A stretch of 14,008 nucleotides of DNA. It comes from Bacillota bacterium. GTDB lineage: Bacteria > Bacillota > UBA4882. The notes under the pieces are model-generated. The model saw nothing but the letters and a program-made list of their open reading frames with translations. It searched no databases and was not told where the DNA came from. Every line of letters begins with the position of its first letter. The stretch's first letter is position 1. Shown here in pieces: positions 13,501-14,008 of the stretch. The position numbers were made by a program, and so were the translations under genes. The stretch covers positions 1-14,008 of the forward strand of contig JBMNNY010000045.1 in assembly GCA_050942765.1 (NCBI GenBank). Reading direction: 5' to 3'.

Positions 13501-14008
13501 TAAAGGCCAGTTCCACCGGGCCAAGCTGATGATCGGCAATCGACGCATCCAGCAGTGAAGCTGTTCCATAGATCCTTGGCACCGCTGAGCCGTCAGTCTT
13601 GATCACAAAGTTGCCAGCCAATTTACCGCCAGATAGCGGCTGTTGCGGCGTGATGAGCTGGGCAGCCCGGACAGCATCAATCCCTTCCAGCTGCAACTCG
13701 CCCATCAGATCCAAACCGCCGGAAGATAACGGCCACCAGGAACCCCAGCCGGTAATCTGTCCTTCAACCGCTTCAGCGGCCAGTTCTAGATCGACGCGCT
13801 TGCCAATGTATTGCGCCATTAACTCCATATCCCGGAAAGGTTCGCCCATCACACTTCCTTCCGGAATCACTGCTTCCGCCCGGATATCGGGACTTTTGGC
13901 TGTTCCGCCTAACTTAGCTGTCAGGCTGCCTTTTCCGTGAATCTGATAATTAGCGACCCCCGGAATGAAGGCGGCGATCTGCTGCAAATCCAGTTCCGCA
14001 GCGCTCAA
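10559..14008 (-). CDS. tamB: TamB-like (AsmA-like/DUF490) translocation and assembly module protein; the C-terminal 1149 aa are present and the 5' end lies outside the window
   Basis: The frame is open to the window edge. The product has a long repetitive beta-rich Gly/Ser/Leu pattern typical of TamB. The C-terminal DUF490-type region is ...VDEFSLVPRGSSLFRDGVELRVGKFLTPNLYLQYASFYEDGFIHKIGLDYYISPLSVLNLSYSSTGDFSFGFSIRVRF. The gene lies directly upstream of bamA. Confidence 0.85.
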   Translation of the reverse strand: MSAAELDLQQIAAFIPGVANYQIHGKGSLTAKLGGTAKSPDIRAEAVIPEGSVMGEPFRDMELMAQYIGKRVDLELAAEAVEGQITGWGSWWPLSSGGLDLMGELQLEGIDAVRAAQLITPQQPLSGGKLAGNFVIKTDGSAVPRIYGTASLLDASIADHQLGPVELAFNYTDAIINLESLLLSYGEGLVSARGQIDAAGNLNLKGSGGHIELDNILAAIGVPAAGIAEFSFELGGTWESPAVSGKFTVSQATYNKYRLGTLEATVSLDGTQLAVKDCTLVHPQHQAAITGVYDLSSKQVQATLRAQGLQLDQAKQAFNLEGLNIAGKAGIYAKMSGQIDQPLIEANVSAESVRIDAEMLDKLDVNVSWDGQRVTITNGVIKKDSGTAELSGSYDSSGEVGGVVAIRNLELSGLEILRRSSIDLKGVAALDGRISGTIAQPSFRGNLIGENIAFSNVLLGAVKGKVAWENNRLELDEFKFVKADQNIVAFGWIAPGTEASIDVQLRSERSELADVLKLVGAEPNFSLRGLLTGTVHLSGPLARIEGSMTARVDRGRVANAELDASTDTSFIIETGSDGRISLSALEVKDLQMWQEKGELSASGSYDTVNGTDLAIAAHNFDIFPVMTLLDFEENLTGTGDVKLKLSGYPKNPRLTGDLMLTNGKLIGIDFDHLQGNARADAKALHFTEVRLERNGDIVFGEGTIPLSSSIRQALMIPEPATNEDMLLSLDISSDSVAIDWLPVVIYKDLKINNGRMAAKLHLGGTFERLDMQGTFQIKNGGFEIPGLLIPFTNAEGKGRFVGDRLIFDEFSAQYGTGHLQAGGSITMKSFLVERLDLWVKTDELLYASPAFTGIISGSAFYRGESGAMVLGGDVTVSDARVSYVPAEADPATNAEPATTTEDPVPPTGLDFKVKIGSEVRIKQSMTVLDVDVPVEGNLTVRGTLSEPKLSGQITASRGTVVAYRNAFQVMEAHAEFTEQRGYIPYIRVLARKPAEQAIVYLRAEGEVGPNLRIQFESSPQMSTEEIFALLDLPEMLKGNGLMIQDVLDEGIYVVGKATIDTLTRNVAELLNVDEFSLVPRGSSLFRDGVELRVGKFLTPNLYLQYASFYEDGFIHKIGLDYYISPLSVLNLSYSSTGDFSFGFSIRVRF

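Noticed and set aside
1-14008. I looked for CRISPR arrays, tRNA or rRNA genes, transposase or integrase genes, terminal inverted repeats and prophage signatures.
   Set aside because: I saw no spaced direct-repeat arrays, no cloverleaf-like or rRNA-like segments, and no recombinase-like ORFs. The window is almost fully occupied by ten co-oriented genes.

Overview
All credible genes in this window lie on the minus strand. Together they form one outer-membrane (OM) biogenesis supercluster. In the direction of transcription (high to low coordinates) the order is: tamB-like (5' end cut by the window), bamA (three POTRA repeats), an OmpH/Skp-like chaperone, an unknown exported Gly/Ser-rich coiled-coil protein, and a second Skp-like gene. 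A rho-independent terminator and a sigma70-type promoter follow. Then come one lptF/lptG-family permease, lptD, an lptC-like gene, an lptA-like gene, a translationally coupled ThiF/MoeB-type E1-like adenylyltransferase, and the first 58 codons of a small exported protein. The tamB-bamA-skp synteny, the strong GGAGG ribosome-binding sites and the absence of tamA and lptE suggest a diderm Firmicute (Negativicutes-like) or another deep-branching diderm; this is inference only. I found no tRNA or rRNA genes, CRISPR arrays, transposases or integrases. All plus-strand ORFs in the track look like antisense or alternate-frame shadows of low-complexity coding sequence. No defence-type or otherwise clearly new system is evident. 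The items most worth a second look are: (1) polyacidic disordered extensions on all three Lpt bridge proteins, including a shared EIDEAE motif and a roughly 100-aa tail on the LptA-like protein; (2) a roughly 45-50 aa charged insertion in the crossover loop of the ThiF-like enzyme, which has no ThiS/MoaD partner in the window; (3) the uncharacterised 330-aa protein between the two skp genes; (4) short TAGC-type tandem arrays that place TAG stops in all three frames in two intra-operon spacers; (5) several ORF-track start codons that appear to be called too far upstream (bamA, lptF/G, lptA-like, the coiled-coil gene).
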